Positions 1 through 10,600 of a DNA stretch of 64,000 nucleotides are shown here, one piece after another. Every line of letters begins with the position of its first letter. The stretch's first letter is position 1. Below the pieces are notes generated by a model. It saw nothing but the letters and a program-made list of their open reading frames with translations. It had not been told where the DNA came from and did no database searches. Where the stretch lies: the IMG/VR virus record IMGVR_UViG_3300025316_000017; one strand, 5' to 3'. The position numbers were made by a program, and so were the translations under genes. This DNA comes from an uncultured virus (IMG/VR IMGVR_UViG_3300025316_000017) (taxonomy: Duplodnaviria; Heunggongvirae; Uroviricota; Caudoviricetes).

Positions 1-17
1 GAGGCAGTTTATTAAAT

Positions 18-1115
18 ATGGGGCTAATGATAGCCGCAGGTGTTGCTGCCCCCGAATTAGCTGCTGAATTTGCTCCAGAAATAATGGCTGCTGGCGGAGC
101 TAGTGGCGCTGCTGTAGGTGCTGCTACAGGCGCTGGTTTAAGCGGTTTAACTGCTGCTGCCACTGGTCAAAACGTTTTGAAATCGGCTTTAATTGGCGGT
201 GTAGGCGGTGCGCTTACTGGCTATGCTCCTGATGTCCCTAGTGCTGCTAATGGCGCAGCCAGTGGCGCAACCAATGTATCAGGTCAAATTGGTCAAAGTA
301 TTCAGGCAATGCAACAAGCTGGAGCAAGCTCTGAACAAATTGCTCAATCTTTAATGGATAACTATGGTATGACAGGAGCGCAAGCCGCCCAAACCATGGG
401 TCAAGTCGCTGCCACAGGATCTACTGTAGGCGGTATTGGTATGCAAGGTGCAAATTTAGTAGATCAAACTGCTGGAATTTCAAGCAATATTGGATTGCCA
501 CAAACACCACCGGTAACACCTCCACCTACAGTAAATCCCACACCAAATATGTTTGGACAGGTTGCTGGACCAACAAATTCTCAGTTATATACGTCTGCCG
601 GTATTAATACCTTAGGTGGACTAAGCAAAAAACCAGTGGGTGCTTATACGCCTCCTAACGCTATTGATACTGGCGGCGGTTTATCTAAATTTAAATATGA
701 TCCAAATAACTATACGCCAGATACCGTAGTTCCACCAAAACCCCCTTATCAAGCTAATTATTCTGGAATGGCTGGTGCGGCTGAGGGTGGCATTATGAGT
801 TTGGCTTCTGGTGGTTATGCTCACGGTGGAAAAACATACAATTTAGGTGATTATTCTGATGGCGGACGTTTGCTAAAAGGTCCGGGAGATGGTATGTCAG
901 ATGACATTCCTGCCACAATTGGACATAAACAAGAAGCACGTCTTGCTGACGGAGAATTTGTAGTTCCTGCTGATGTTGTTTCTGGGTTAGGAAATGGCTC
1001 AACAGATGCTGGAGCAAAGCATTTATACAAAATGATGGACAAAGTACGCCATGCACGAACAGGGCGTAAATCCCAAGCTAAACAGATTAAAGGTGAAAAG
1101 TTCGTACCAGCATGA
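18..1115 (+). CDS. Internal virion/ejection-module protein
   Basis: Gly/Ala-rich N-terminus; C-terminal GPGDGMSDDIPA...ARLADGEFVVPADVV block typical of podophage virion proteins; position in ejection cluster. Confidence 0.65.
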   Translation: MGLMIAAGVAAPELAAEFAPEIMAAGGASGAAVGAATGAGLSGLTAAATGQNVLKSALIGGVGGALTGYAPDVPSAANGAASGATNVSGQIGQSIQAMQQAGASSEQIAQSLMDNYGMTGAQAAQTMGQVAATGSTVGGIGMQGANLVDQTAGISSNIGLPQTPPVTPPPTVNPTPNMFGQVAGPTNSQLYTSAGINTLGGLSKKPVGAYTPPNAIDTGGGLSKFKYDPNNYTPDTVVPPKPPYQANYSGMAGAAEGGIMSLASGGYAHGGKTYNLGDYSDGGRLLKGPGDGMSDDIPATIGHKQEARLADGEFVVPADVVSGLGNGSTDAGAKHLYKMMDKVRHARTGRKSQAKQIKGEKFVPA

Positions 1116-1519
1116 ACATTAAAACTGTAGGGCAACAATATATTAGCCAAACGTGGGATTTAATTGAAAAATATATTGTGGAATCTCAACAATATGGCGG
1201 CGGTGATTACAGCTCAGAACACGTTAAAGTCTATTTAACAAATGGTCAATGGGTGCTGATAGTGGCAGTAGATGAACAAAATGTAATACATGGTGCAATG
1301 ACCATAACATTTAATAATTACCCAAATCATCGGGTTGCTTTTATAACGGCAACGGGTGGTAAAGGAATTATTACAAAAAATAGTTTACAGCAGTTAAGAG
1401 AAATTCTTAAAAGTTTTGGAGCAACAAAAATCAGGGCGGCAGTAAGACCTTCAATGGAAAGATTATTACACCGAGTTGGTTTTTATAAACGATATACGAT
1501 TGCAGAGACACAAATATGA
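1112..1519 (+). CDS. GNAT-fold-like protein (T7 gp13-like position)
   Basis: 135 aa; AFITATGG...RPSMERLLHRVGF resembles an acetyltransferase fold; ATGA overlap with neighbours. Confidence 0.5.
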   Translation: MNIKTVGQQYISQTWDLIEKYIVESQQYGGGDYSSEHVKVYLTNGQWVLIVAVDEQNVIHGAMTITFNNYPNHRVAFITATGGKGIITKNSLQQLREILKSFGATKIRAAVRPSMERLLHRVGFYKRYTIAETQI

Positions 1520-2838
1520 GAATGAAAAAACCACATTTTGGAATGTTGCCTGAACGGGCTTTTCAACCACGCAATGGTCGTATGGCTTTTGCTGGCGGTG
1601 GAATGACTCTTGAAGGATGTTGTGGTGGTGGATCTCCTGCTCCTGCTCCTGCTGCTCCTACTCAAACTACTGTACAAAATACTAATATTCCTTGTTATGC
1701 CAAGCCATATGTACAAACTATGCTTGGTGCTACAACCCAACAGTTATTTAATACTACTGGTAGCGGATGTTGCATTCAAATTACTGGTGTAAAACCTTAT
1801 GTTCCATACAGCACTAATCCACAAGACTATGTAGCAGGATTTAGTCCACTACAGCAAAAGGCACAACAAGGCGCTGCTAATTTAACTACGCCCGGTCAGT
1901 TTGGTTCAGCAACATCACAGGCTCAACAGGGTTCTAACCAAGCTATGGGAGCTGGACAAGGGTTGCAAAATACTTTGACAAGCGCTCAAGGTATTGGTCA
2001 ATACATGAATCCCTATATTCAAAACGTATTGAATCCTGCTTTAGCATTATCTAATCAACAATATGGTATAAATCAAGCACAGGAGCAAGGTCAAGCTACT
2101 GGTGCTGGAGCGTTTGGCGGTAGCCGTGAAGCATTGATGTCTGGTTTAAACCAACAAAATCAAATGTTGGCTAACAATCAATTAATTGGCAATGCATATA
2201 ACACAGCGTATAACAACGCTCAAGGTCAAGCTACAAACGTTGCCAATATGAATTTACAGGGCGGTCAAGCTGGTATTCAAGGCGGACAAGCATTAGGTCA
2301 ATTAGGAACCCAGTGCCTTGCTGCCCAAATGAACGTGCTTAACACCCAAAATCAAGCTGGTTCTGCCCAACAAGCTAACCAACAACAAGTTATTAACAAC
2401 GCTATTAATAACTATGCTGTGGCGCAACAATACCCAGAACAGCAATTGGCATTTATGAACGCTCAGTTACGTGGTTTGCCATTACAGTCCTCTACTGTTC
2501 AACAGTATCAAGCCGCTCCAAGCGCTGTATCACAAGCCGCTGGAATAGGAACCGCTGGTATTGCTGGATTAGGTTTATATAACGCCATGAGCGGATCAAC
2601 ATCTTCTGATATTCGTGCTAAAGAAAACATTGAATTTGTTGGATTAATGACAAATGGTTTGGGTGTTTACGAATTTGAATATAAGCCAGAGTTTAAAGAT
2701 AAAGCAGGTCATGGACGCTATCGTGGTGTTATGGCTCATGAAGTTGATCAATTTATGCCACAAGCTGTTGTTACTGATAGCGATGGTTACAAGTATGTTA
2801 ACTACAATATGCTTGGCATCAAGATGGAGCAAGTATGA
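1516..2838 (+). CDS. Gln/Ala-rich internal virion (DNA transfer-like) protein with C-terminal peptidase S74-like chaperone domain
   Basis: YMNPY and GAFGGSR motifs; C-terminal SSDIRAKENI...GVMAHEV...VNY. Confidence 0.65.
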   Translation: MRMKKPHFGMLPERAFQPRNGRMAFAGGGMTLEGCCGGGSPAPAPAAPTQTTVQNTNIPCYAKPYVQTMLGATTQQLFNTTGSGCCIQITGVKPYVPYSTNPQDYVAGFSPLQQKAQQGAANLTTPGQFGSATSQAQQGSNQAMGAGQGLQNTLTSAQGIGQYMNPYIQNVLNPALALSNQQYGINQAQEQGQATGAGAFGGSREALMSGLNQQNQMLANNQLIGNAYNTAYNNAQGQATNVANMNLQGGQAGIQGGQALGQLGTQCLAAQMNVLNTQNQAGSAQQANQQQVINNAINNYAVAQQYPEQQLAFMNAQLRGLPLQSSTVQQYQAAPSAVSQAAGIGTAGIAGLGLYNAMSGSTSSDIRAKENIEFVGLMTNGLGVYEFEYKPEFKDKAGHGRYRGVMAHEVDQFMPQAVVTDSDGYKYVNYNMLGIKMEQV

Positions 2839-4625
2839 TTAATAGCTTAATGAGCCGTATGGGAGAAGCACAAAAGCTTTCTATCCCACAATTACAAAAA
2901 GCTATCCAAGATGGCACATTGCCTCCCTACGTAGGCATTCCTTTGTTGCAAGATAAAATGAAGCAACAACAAGCGGCTCAAGCTAGTCAACAGCAACCCC
3001 AACAACCTCCTATTGCACAACAAGTTATGCAAGAAGCCTCTATGCACGATCGTGGTGTAGAAGCTCTTCCTAGCAACTTACCAACCGAGGAAATGTATGA
3101 CGGCGGTATCGTTGCCTTTGCTGGAGGTGATTTAGTAGATGATCAAACTGTAGAAGACTATCAAGATCAAGCCGAAGAAGACGAAGATGCCCAAAATCTT
3201 CAATCTGCTTTAGAAAATTCAGCCGAAGCAAATGAAGGGATTGGCGCAATCCCTAACGCTGGCACAGGCTTAAAGTATACCGAGCCAGTTCCCGCTGGCG
3301 CATCCAAAGGCATTGATGCTGACCTATCCCGCAAACATAACGTAGGAAATCTGCGTCCCGTTGGTTTTAAATACGAAGGTCAAATTGGTACAAGCCCCGG
3401 TGGTTTTGCTATGTTTGATAGCAGAGAAAGCGGTATCAAAGCTTTGAATCATGATATTAGCGTAAAGCTTGAACGTGGTTTAAACACCCCAGAAAAATTC
3501 TTGAGCGTTTATGCACCCAAGGGCGATAAAAACGATACAGAGGCTTATATCCGTAATGTATCAAAAGCTTTAAATATTAAACCTAACCAAGAGATTCCCA
3601 ATACACCTGAAGCTAAAATGATTTTGGCTCAAGCTATTACACGTCAAGAAGGGTCTGATAAAGCCACTGCCCGTTTTGCTGAAGGAGGAATTATTGGTTT
3701 AGCCAATGGTGGTCACATTAATTATTATGGTGATCCAAAAGAAAACCCAAGTGAAAACCAAGTAACCACTTCTACTCCAAAGAGTAATGTTGGTAATATG
3801 ATGATGGAAGGTTTAGGATTAACTGGAAATTTTTCTACTCCATCATATTTGGGCGAAGGGGCTATTGATCCCGATCTGTTACAAGCACAAATGCGGCAAT
3901 TTGATCAACCAGTAAAACCCAAAATGACTTATCAAACAAAAGGTCAGATGGGTCCGACTGACGCTGAATTAAAAGGCGCTACTACTGTCAATACTTCTCC
4001 TTCAAGTTCCGCTAATAATATTCAATCAGGAACAACTAATACTCCAATAGATCCATATCAAGCTTTAATGGATAAGCTTGATGCTAAAGATGCGGATGCT
4101 AAAAAACAAAGCACTATAGATGGCTACATGGCTTTATTAACCGCTGGTCTTGGTATGATGGGCGGAAGCTCTCCTTATGCTATGGAGAATATTGGTAAAG
4201 GTGCGTTGGCTGGTGTTCAACAATACGGCGAATCTAGAAAGCTTTCTGCATCACAAGAAGCTAATCGTGATAAAACAATGGCTGCATTGTTGCGTGGTCA
4301 AACATCTGCCAATCTTGCTAATCAAACCAATCAAAGACTATCTGGTCAATATGCACAAACACAAGAAGATAAACAACAACTTTTCCATAGCAATGCTTAC
4401 AACACAATTAATAAAGAAATTGATGCCGCAGCAAAAGCAAGAATAGCCGCAAATCCATCATTGCAAAGTGATCCAGCCGCATATGACAAAATTGTTGCGC
4501 AATTACGACAACAACAATTACCAATATTAAAACAGCATTACAAAGGATTTATGGGCACTGATATGCCAGATACAGATGGAAGCGGAGCATCTGCTGCAAC
4601 TGGAAACGACTGGAAGTTAAGATAA
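2835..4625 (+). CDS. Internal virion protein with a probable lysozyme-like domain
   Basis: HNVGNLR...FAMFDSRESGIKAL...YAPKGDKNDTEAYIRNV...QEG block. Confidence 0.55.
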   Translation: MINSLMSRMGEAQKLSIPQLQKAIQDGTLPPYVGIPLLQDKMKQQQAAQASQQQPQQPPIAQQVMQEASMHDRGVEALPSNLPTEEMYDGGIVAFAGGDLVDDQTVEDYQDQAEEDEDAQNLQSALENSAEANEGIGAIPNAGTGLKYTEPVPAGASKGIDADLSRKHNVGNLRPVGFKYEGQIGTSPGGFAMFDSRESGIKALNHDISVKLERGLNTPEKFLSVYAPKGDKNDTEAYIRNVSKALNIKPNQEIPNTPEAKMILAQAITRQEGSDKATARFAEGGIIGLANGGHINYYGDPKENPSENQVTTSTPKSNVGNMMMEGLGLTGNFSTPSYLGEGAIDPDLLQAQMRQFDQPVKPKMTYQTKGQMGPTDAELKGATTVNTSPSSSANNIQSGTTNTPIDPYQALMDKLDAKDADAKKQSTIDGYMALLTAGLGMMGGSSPYAMENIGKGALAGVQQYGESRKLSASQEANRDKTMAALLRGQTSANLANQTNQRLSGQYAQTQEDKQQLFHSNAYNTINKEIDAAAKARIAANPSLQSDPAAYDKIVAQLRQQQLPILKQHYKGFMGTDMPDTDGSGASAATGNDWKLR

Positions 4626-4628
4626 TTT

Positions 4629-7600
4629 ATGGCACTCTATCAAGTAGAAGCGCCAGATGGGGAATTGCTCAAGATCGAAGGACCTGAGGGTGCTTCTGAA
4701 CAAGAGGTAATTGCTCAAGCGCAAAAGCTATACACCCCAGCCCAGAAAGACACTGGATTTACTGGGGCAGCTAAGTCTTCTTATGAGAAGATGAAAGGCG
4801 AGGGCGCTCTTGTGCTTGGCAAACTTGGTTTAATGGATACCAAAGAAGCCGAAGACTATTACAACAGTAAAAAGAAAAAATCAGAAGCCATGTTTCAGCC
4901 CACTGAAAAGGGTTGGGATGAAGCTCCATTTGAAAAGTTTAAAGAATTATTAGGCAGTTCTGCCCCCTATATGGTTGCTCCGTTGGGAGCCGCAGCCACA
5001 GTAGCTGCTGCACCTGAAGCAATTGCTGGCGCTGGGATTGGAATGATTGGCGCTCCAGCTATTGCTGGTTTTGCTGCTAACGTTGGTCAATTCACTGGAA
5101 CCAACTTAGGTCGGCAAGTTGACGAAGGAAAAAGTTTAAACGATGCAAATTTGGCAACAGCAGCCGCAGCCGCTGTTCCGCAGTCCATTTTAGATATTGC
5201 TTCTGACCATATGATTCCCGGTGTTAAAAATATATTTGGCAGAGCGGGCATTAAATTAGGAGACAAAGAAGCCGCAGCAGTAGCTAAACAACAATTAGCT
5301 AATAGCATTCCTAAAGGTAAAATTGCCACCGCTATAGAGTATGGTGGTAAAGCTGCCCAGACTGCTGCAATAGAAGGTTTAAACGAAGCTGGTCAGCAGG
5401 TATTTGAAAGATTACAAGCTGGTTTGGATTTGACTGATCCGCAAGCTCGTCAAGAATACTTTGATAACTTTATTGGCGGTGCAGTGCTTGGTGGAGCTAT
5501 ATCCGTTCCCGGTCATTATTATGACAAAAACGTAGAGCAACCACGTCAAGCTAAGTTATTAGCTTTGCAGCAACAAGCAGAAGAACGTAAAAAACAAGAA
5601 GAACAACAAGCTGCCGAACAAACTCAGTTGCAAGAAACTTATCAAAATTTAAACGTTCCACAAACAACCAATCTGTTGCCAGCTCCAGAAGCTGCCGCTC
5701 CTATTCCAGAAAAGAATATGGCTCCTGCAATTCAGCAGGATATGTTGCAAAATTACAACGGTATGTTTGATCAACAAGCTATTGATAATGTTTTTGGAAA
5801 AGGTGCGTTTGATCAGATTAACGAAAAACGGGAAATGGAACATGGCAAACCCCGTTTAAAAGAAATGTCTATCGAAGACTTGGCTCATGCTGGGGCTAAA
5901 CCAGAAGATCTAAGCCGTCTTTTAACCGTTCAACACGACTACACCAACGTAAAAGAAAAGAACTTTGCTCCTGCCCAGATTTTAAAAATGGCGGAAAAGA
6001 AAGGTATTGAAACAGGTACAGGCGGTTTTAACTCTTTCCTTATGCGTACTACGGGGACGGACAATCTACAAGATATGACTTACGCCCAGCGCCATGCTGT
6101 GGCAAAAGCTTTGAATTCAGTTCCAGTTAATGAAGGTGCTAAAACCATTCTTCCCGAAGGGCATAGCAATGCCACTCCTTGGCATCCAGCAGACTATGAT
6201 GATGCAGTAAAAGCAGTACAGGCAGACTTAGCTCAAAACAAAGAATTAAGCCAAGCGGATGTCATGAAGACTATTCACGGCTCTACATTCTTGGGTCAGG
6301 GTAATGCCCCCAGAGCTGAAGATGCTAAGTTAATGCTTGATGAAATGGTGCGTAGGGGTGATGTTAGTTTAAATGTCAGACCAGATAAATCTTCTACGCC
6401 AGATAATCCAAAGTTTTTACAGACTGTTATTCCCGCCCACCCAATGGCTAATACTCCAGCGGGCATGGACGTTCGTAGAGAAGTACTTGGCGAAGGCAGA
6501 GGCAGACGTGAAGTATTTAGCCTTTACGAAGATGGTCAACGTATGGGTAGCTTCTCTACCAAACAAGAAGCCGAAGAGCACGGCATGAGCCGTTTGCACG
6601 ATGATATTCTTAAACAAACCATTACTGCTGCACCGCATCAATTATTACCAAACGGTGAAATACATCCATTGGCAAGACGCTATGCGGAAATGGCTAAAAA
6701 CGAATTAAACGAGCGCCAAGGCATTTCCCGTGATTTTAGGGGTATAACCACATCCCAAGGATTAGAAGGCGCTAATGAGCGTTTAGCAAAGCTTGGTATC
6801 TTTAATGAAAAGGTTCAAGAGTTAGCACCTGAAATCAAAAAAGATCTTGAAAATCGTTTACGTAAATACGGATTAGCAAGCGTAGCTGTTCGTATGATGG
6901 ATTCCATAGCCAATGGTGCGGCTAATGCGGCTTACCATGCTGGTTTAATTAAGATGGCTGTAGATGCGGAAGATCCAATGGGTGAGTTAGATCATGAATC
7001 TATTCACGCATTAATTGATTTGGGTGCATTTAGACCTGATGAACTCCGTGTATTGGAGAATAAAGCCAAGTCAGAATGGCTACAGAAATATATCAAAGAT
7101 ACTGGCAAGTATGACTTGTACAAGAAACAGTACGAGTCCGAAGGTCGGGACATGAAAACCTTTGAATCGGATATGCTTGAGGAATCTGTAGCTGAAGCGT
7201 TTAAACACTTTAATAAACAGCAGCCACCAGCCGGGATGGTTGGTAGCCTGTTTAAACGCATTAGTAAGTTTTTTGAAGCGGTACGCAATGCATTTACAGG
7301 TGCTGGTTTTAAAACCGCAGATAATATTTTTGGTGGAGTAACTCGTGGTGAGTTTAAACCTACTAAAGAAGCGGCAGCAGAAACAAAATATAGTTTAGAA
7401 AATAAGTCAAAAGTTGAGCAAGCTAAGTTCTATGAAAATGAAATCCAAGACTTAGTTAAGAAAGTTGGCAATCGTATTGCTGGAATGAAGTCTGAAGAGA
7501 CTTTGGATGACGTTAAAAAGTCTGTTGAAAAATTACAACAGTACACCGCTGAAGGCATTAAAGGCAAAGATTGGTATGAGAATTCAGCTAAAGCAGTTCT

Positions 7601-10600
7601 TGATGCGTTTAATGGCGATCCAATCCTAGCTGAAAAGTTCTTTCAAATTATTGCTATTACTTCTGCAAATACCGAAGTTGCAGCAAACTTTACTAAAGCT
7701 CTAAAAGCTTGGACTCAGTTCTCTGAAGGCAAGCCTATTAAAGTTGGCACTAAAGATATCAATAAGAAAATTGATTCTCTGCTTAACTTTGGCGAAGACT
7801 GGGGCGGTCGCAAGACTAATACGTTCTATTCCAACTTAATGGAAGCGATGGAAGGCAAAGACACTGGTCGCTCTACCATTGACTTACATATGACTAGGAT
7901 GATTTTTGATAAAGATGCTCCTACTGATGCTCAGTATGAGTTGGCTGAGAATATGGTGCGTTTACTGGCTTCTAAAGTGGGGTTAGCCCCAAGGCAAGTT
8001 CAAGCCGCCTCATGGGTTACGCAAAAAGCCAAGTCTACCTATGAATACTACAAACAAAAAGGTTGGAAAAAGAATTTAACCGATGCGCAATTAAAAGAAT
8101 TTGCTTTTGAAAAAGCCATTGCAGATTATTCTCACTTGATTAAAGCTAATGTTAAAAAGCTGCCTGTTACAGAAGCTTTGCGTGAACCGTCAGAAAAAAT
8201 TAAATCCCGTACTCAAAATATTACTGGTGAAGTAATTCCATCAGTACAGACTCCTATGGGTCAAGCTGAAGAAATGGCTTACAAATATAAAGAAAAAATT
8301 ACCAAACAGATTGCTAGGTCGCCTATCGTACAAAATATTGTTAAGTCTTTAGGTATTAATAGTAAAGTGCGTGTGACTGTTGGGTCTGGAGCGTATGCTA
8401 ACAAAGTTAACCCCAACCTAATCGTTCAGATAGTTAATAGCAACCCAGAACACGCTCATCAGGATGCTTTGGATATTGCTAACGCTATGTCTTATGTGTT
8501 TAAACAAGATGCTACTCCGATGTTTAAAGCAGATGAGCGGTTTAGGGATTTAGACCAGCTTGGCTTTAAATTTAAATTTGACGCTGCTGAACTAACCCTT
8601 ACACAACAAAAGAAAATATTAAAGATCATTCAAGATAAATTTGGCGAAGATGCTGGATTTACAAAAATGCGTGGGAACGAATTGGTTATAATTAATTATC
8701 GTGGCGAGGATGGCAAACCATCTTTAGTTCCCGATGAAGATTTTGTAAAAGGTCTTGCTGAAATTGCAGATGAAATTAGCAAGGTTTCTAAAATAGATTC
8801 CAAAGTAAACTTTGGAGCACAATCGGAGTATCCAAAACATGACTGGAAAACAGAGCCTAGCGGAACTAGCATCATCTCTGGGATTCAAGGACGCAGACCC
8901 GAACGATCCAATATACAAAGAAAATTGGACAATCTCGGTAAATCCTTCACCTCAGACCTCAGAAAAATTGTCAGAGAATCAGGACAAGAGCCAAAATTCA
9001 GCTTAAAGAACGCTCCACCACAACGCTTAACTACTTTAGAAAAGCAGGAATCAGCAGGTGAGCGTTTAAACAACACAATACGTGACGTAAAAGACGCAAC
9101 ACAAAACCAAGATTTTTGGACTGGTCTACGCAACAACTGGGTAGATAAAGGATCAGGTCTTACTAGAACTCTGCAAAATCAAGAAGTCTATAAGGATGGA
9201 GTGCTCCGTGCTGACTTATTGTCTCGTGCTTACGCTCAGGTTATTAACTTGGTTAAAAATGGTTTACAAAGCGGTATTCCAATTATCAATAATGATGGTT
9301 CAATCATTATTAAAACTGATGCCGTTAATAACTTAGCCAACAGCCATCTAATTGCTGATAAATTAGATGAAAATGCGTACGTAAAAGCGTCTGGTTTATC
9401 AGGTCGTGGATTCGTAGCTGAAGTAGCCCGTGCTATGCGTGGTAAAGAAATTTTGGAAGAAGATGCACGTCTTGGTTTAAAACGTGAACTTCAAGTTACT
9501 CCTGAGCAAATTGCTTGGGCTGAACAACAAATTAAAAACGTACCAGAACTTAATCAAATTTTTAGCATTTGGAAAAACGTTAATACTGGATTAGTAAATC
9601 TGTGGGAACAAGCTGGATTACTTGATAAAACAGAAGCTGACTCTTACCGTGCTAAAAAACATTATGTATCTTTGGCGGCTTCCAAAGCCGACTTGGAAGA
9701 AATGATTAACAGTCAATATAGCGGCAATGCTCCCGGTCTTAAATCTACCAAGAAAATATTTAAACTTGAAGGATCTGAATTAGATCGTAATATTTGGGAG
9801 AACGTGGATAAACAATATGCGGCTATGTTAACTGCTGCTTATCAAAACCACATACGTAAAACTGCTGTAGATCAGCTACGTTCTATTGGTATGGCGACCA
9901 CTACCCGCATTAATCAAAAGGGTAATGAAGTACCACTATACCAAGGCGATCCTAACATTAATCTACGCTATAAAGAAAATGGAAAAATTGTCAATGCGAT
10001 TGTTCATAATCAAACTGACCTAGCCGCCTTTGAAGCGATGCATTATGAACTAAACCCAATCATGAAGTTCATGGCTGGTTCTACTAAACTGCTTCGTGCT
10101 GGCGCTTTATTAAACCCAATGTTCTGGATACGTCAGCTTATTAAAGACCCAATCCATGCTAACTTGGTAGCCAATAGCGGTATTGTTACCCCATTTCATT
10201 CCGCTGGCGAGTTCATGCGCATTTTGATGAAAGACTCCGCAGAAGCTAAATTATTGGCAGAGCGTGGTGTAATTGGTCAATACGATAGCACCATAGACAT
10301 TTATGATTATTTAAATCAAGTCGGAAAAGAAAAATCCAAACCAAGTACATTGGATAAAGCTTTGCATAAGATGATGCAAGTACACGAAGCTTCTGATGCG
10401 GCAACTCGTGTAGCCATCTTTAAGAAAGAAAAAGCCAACGGATTAGCTAAAGGAATGAGCGAAGCTGATGCTACAAACTTTGCCGTCATGAAAGCCCGTG
10501 AGTCAATTAACTTTGCTGTACATGGAAATTCTAAAACCTTGTTCTATGCTAGACACATGGTTCCATTTTTGTCGGCTTCCATCACTTCTTTGGACACTGT

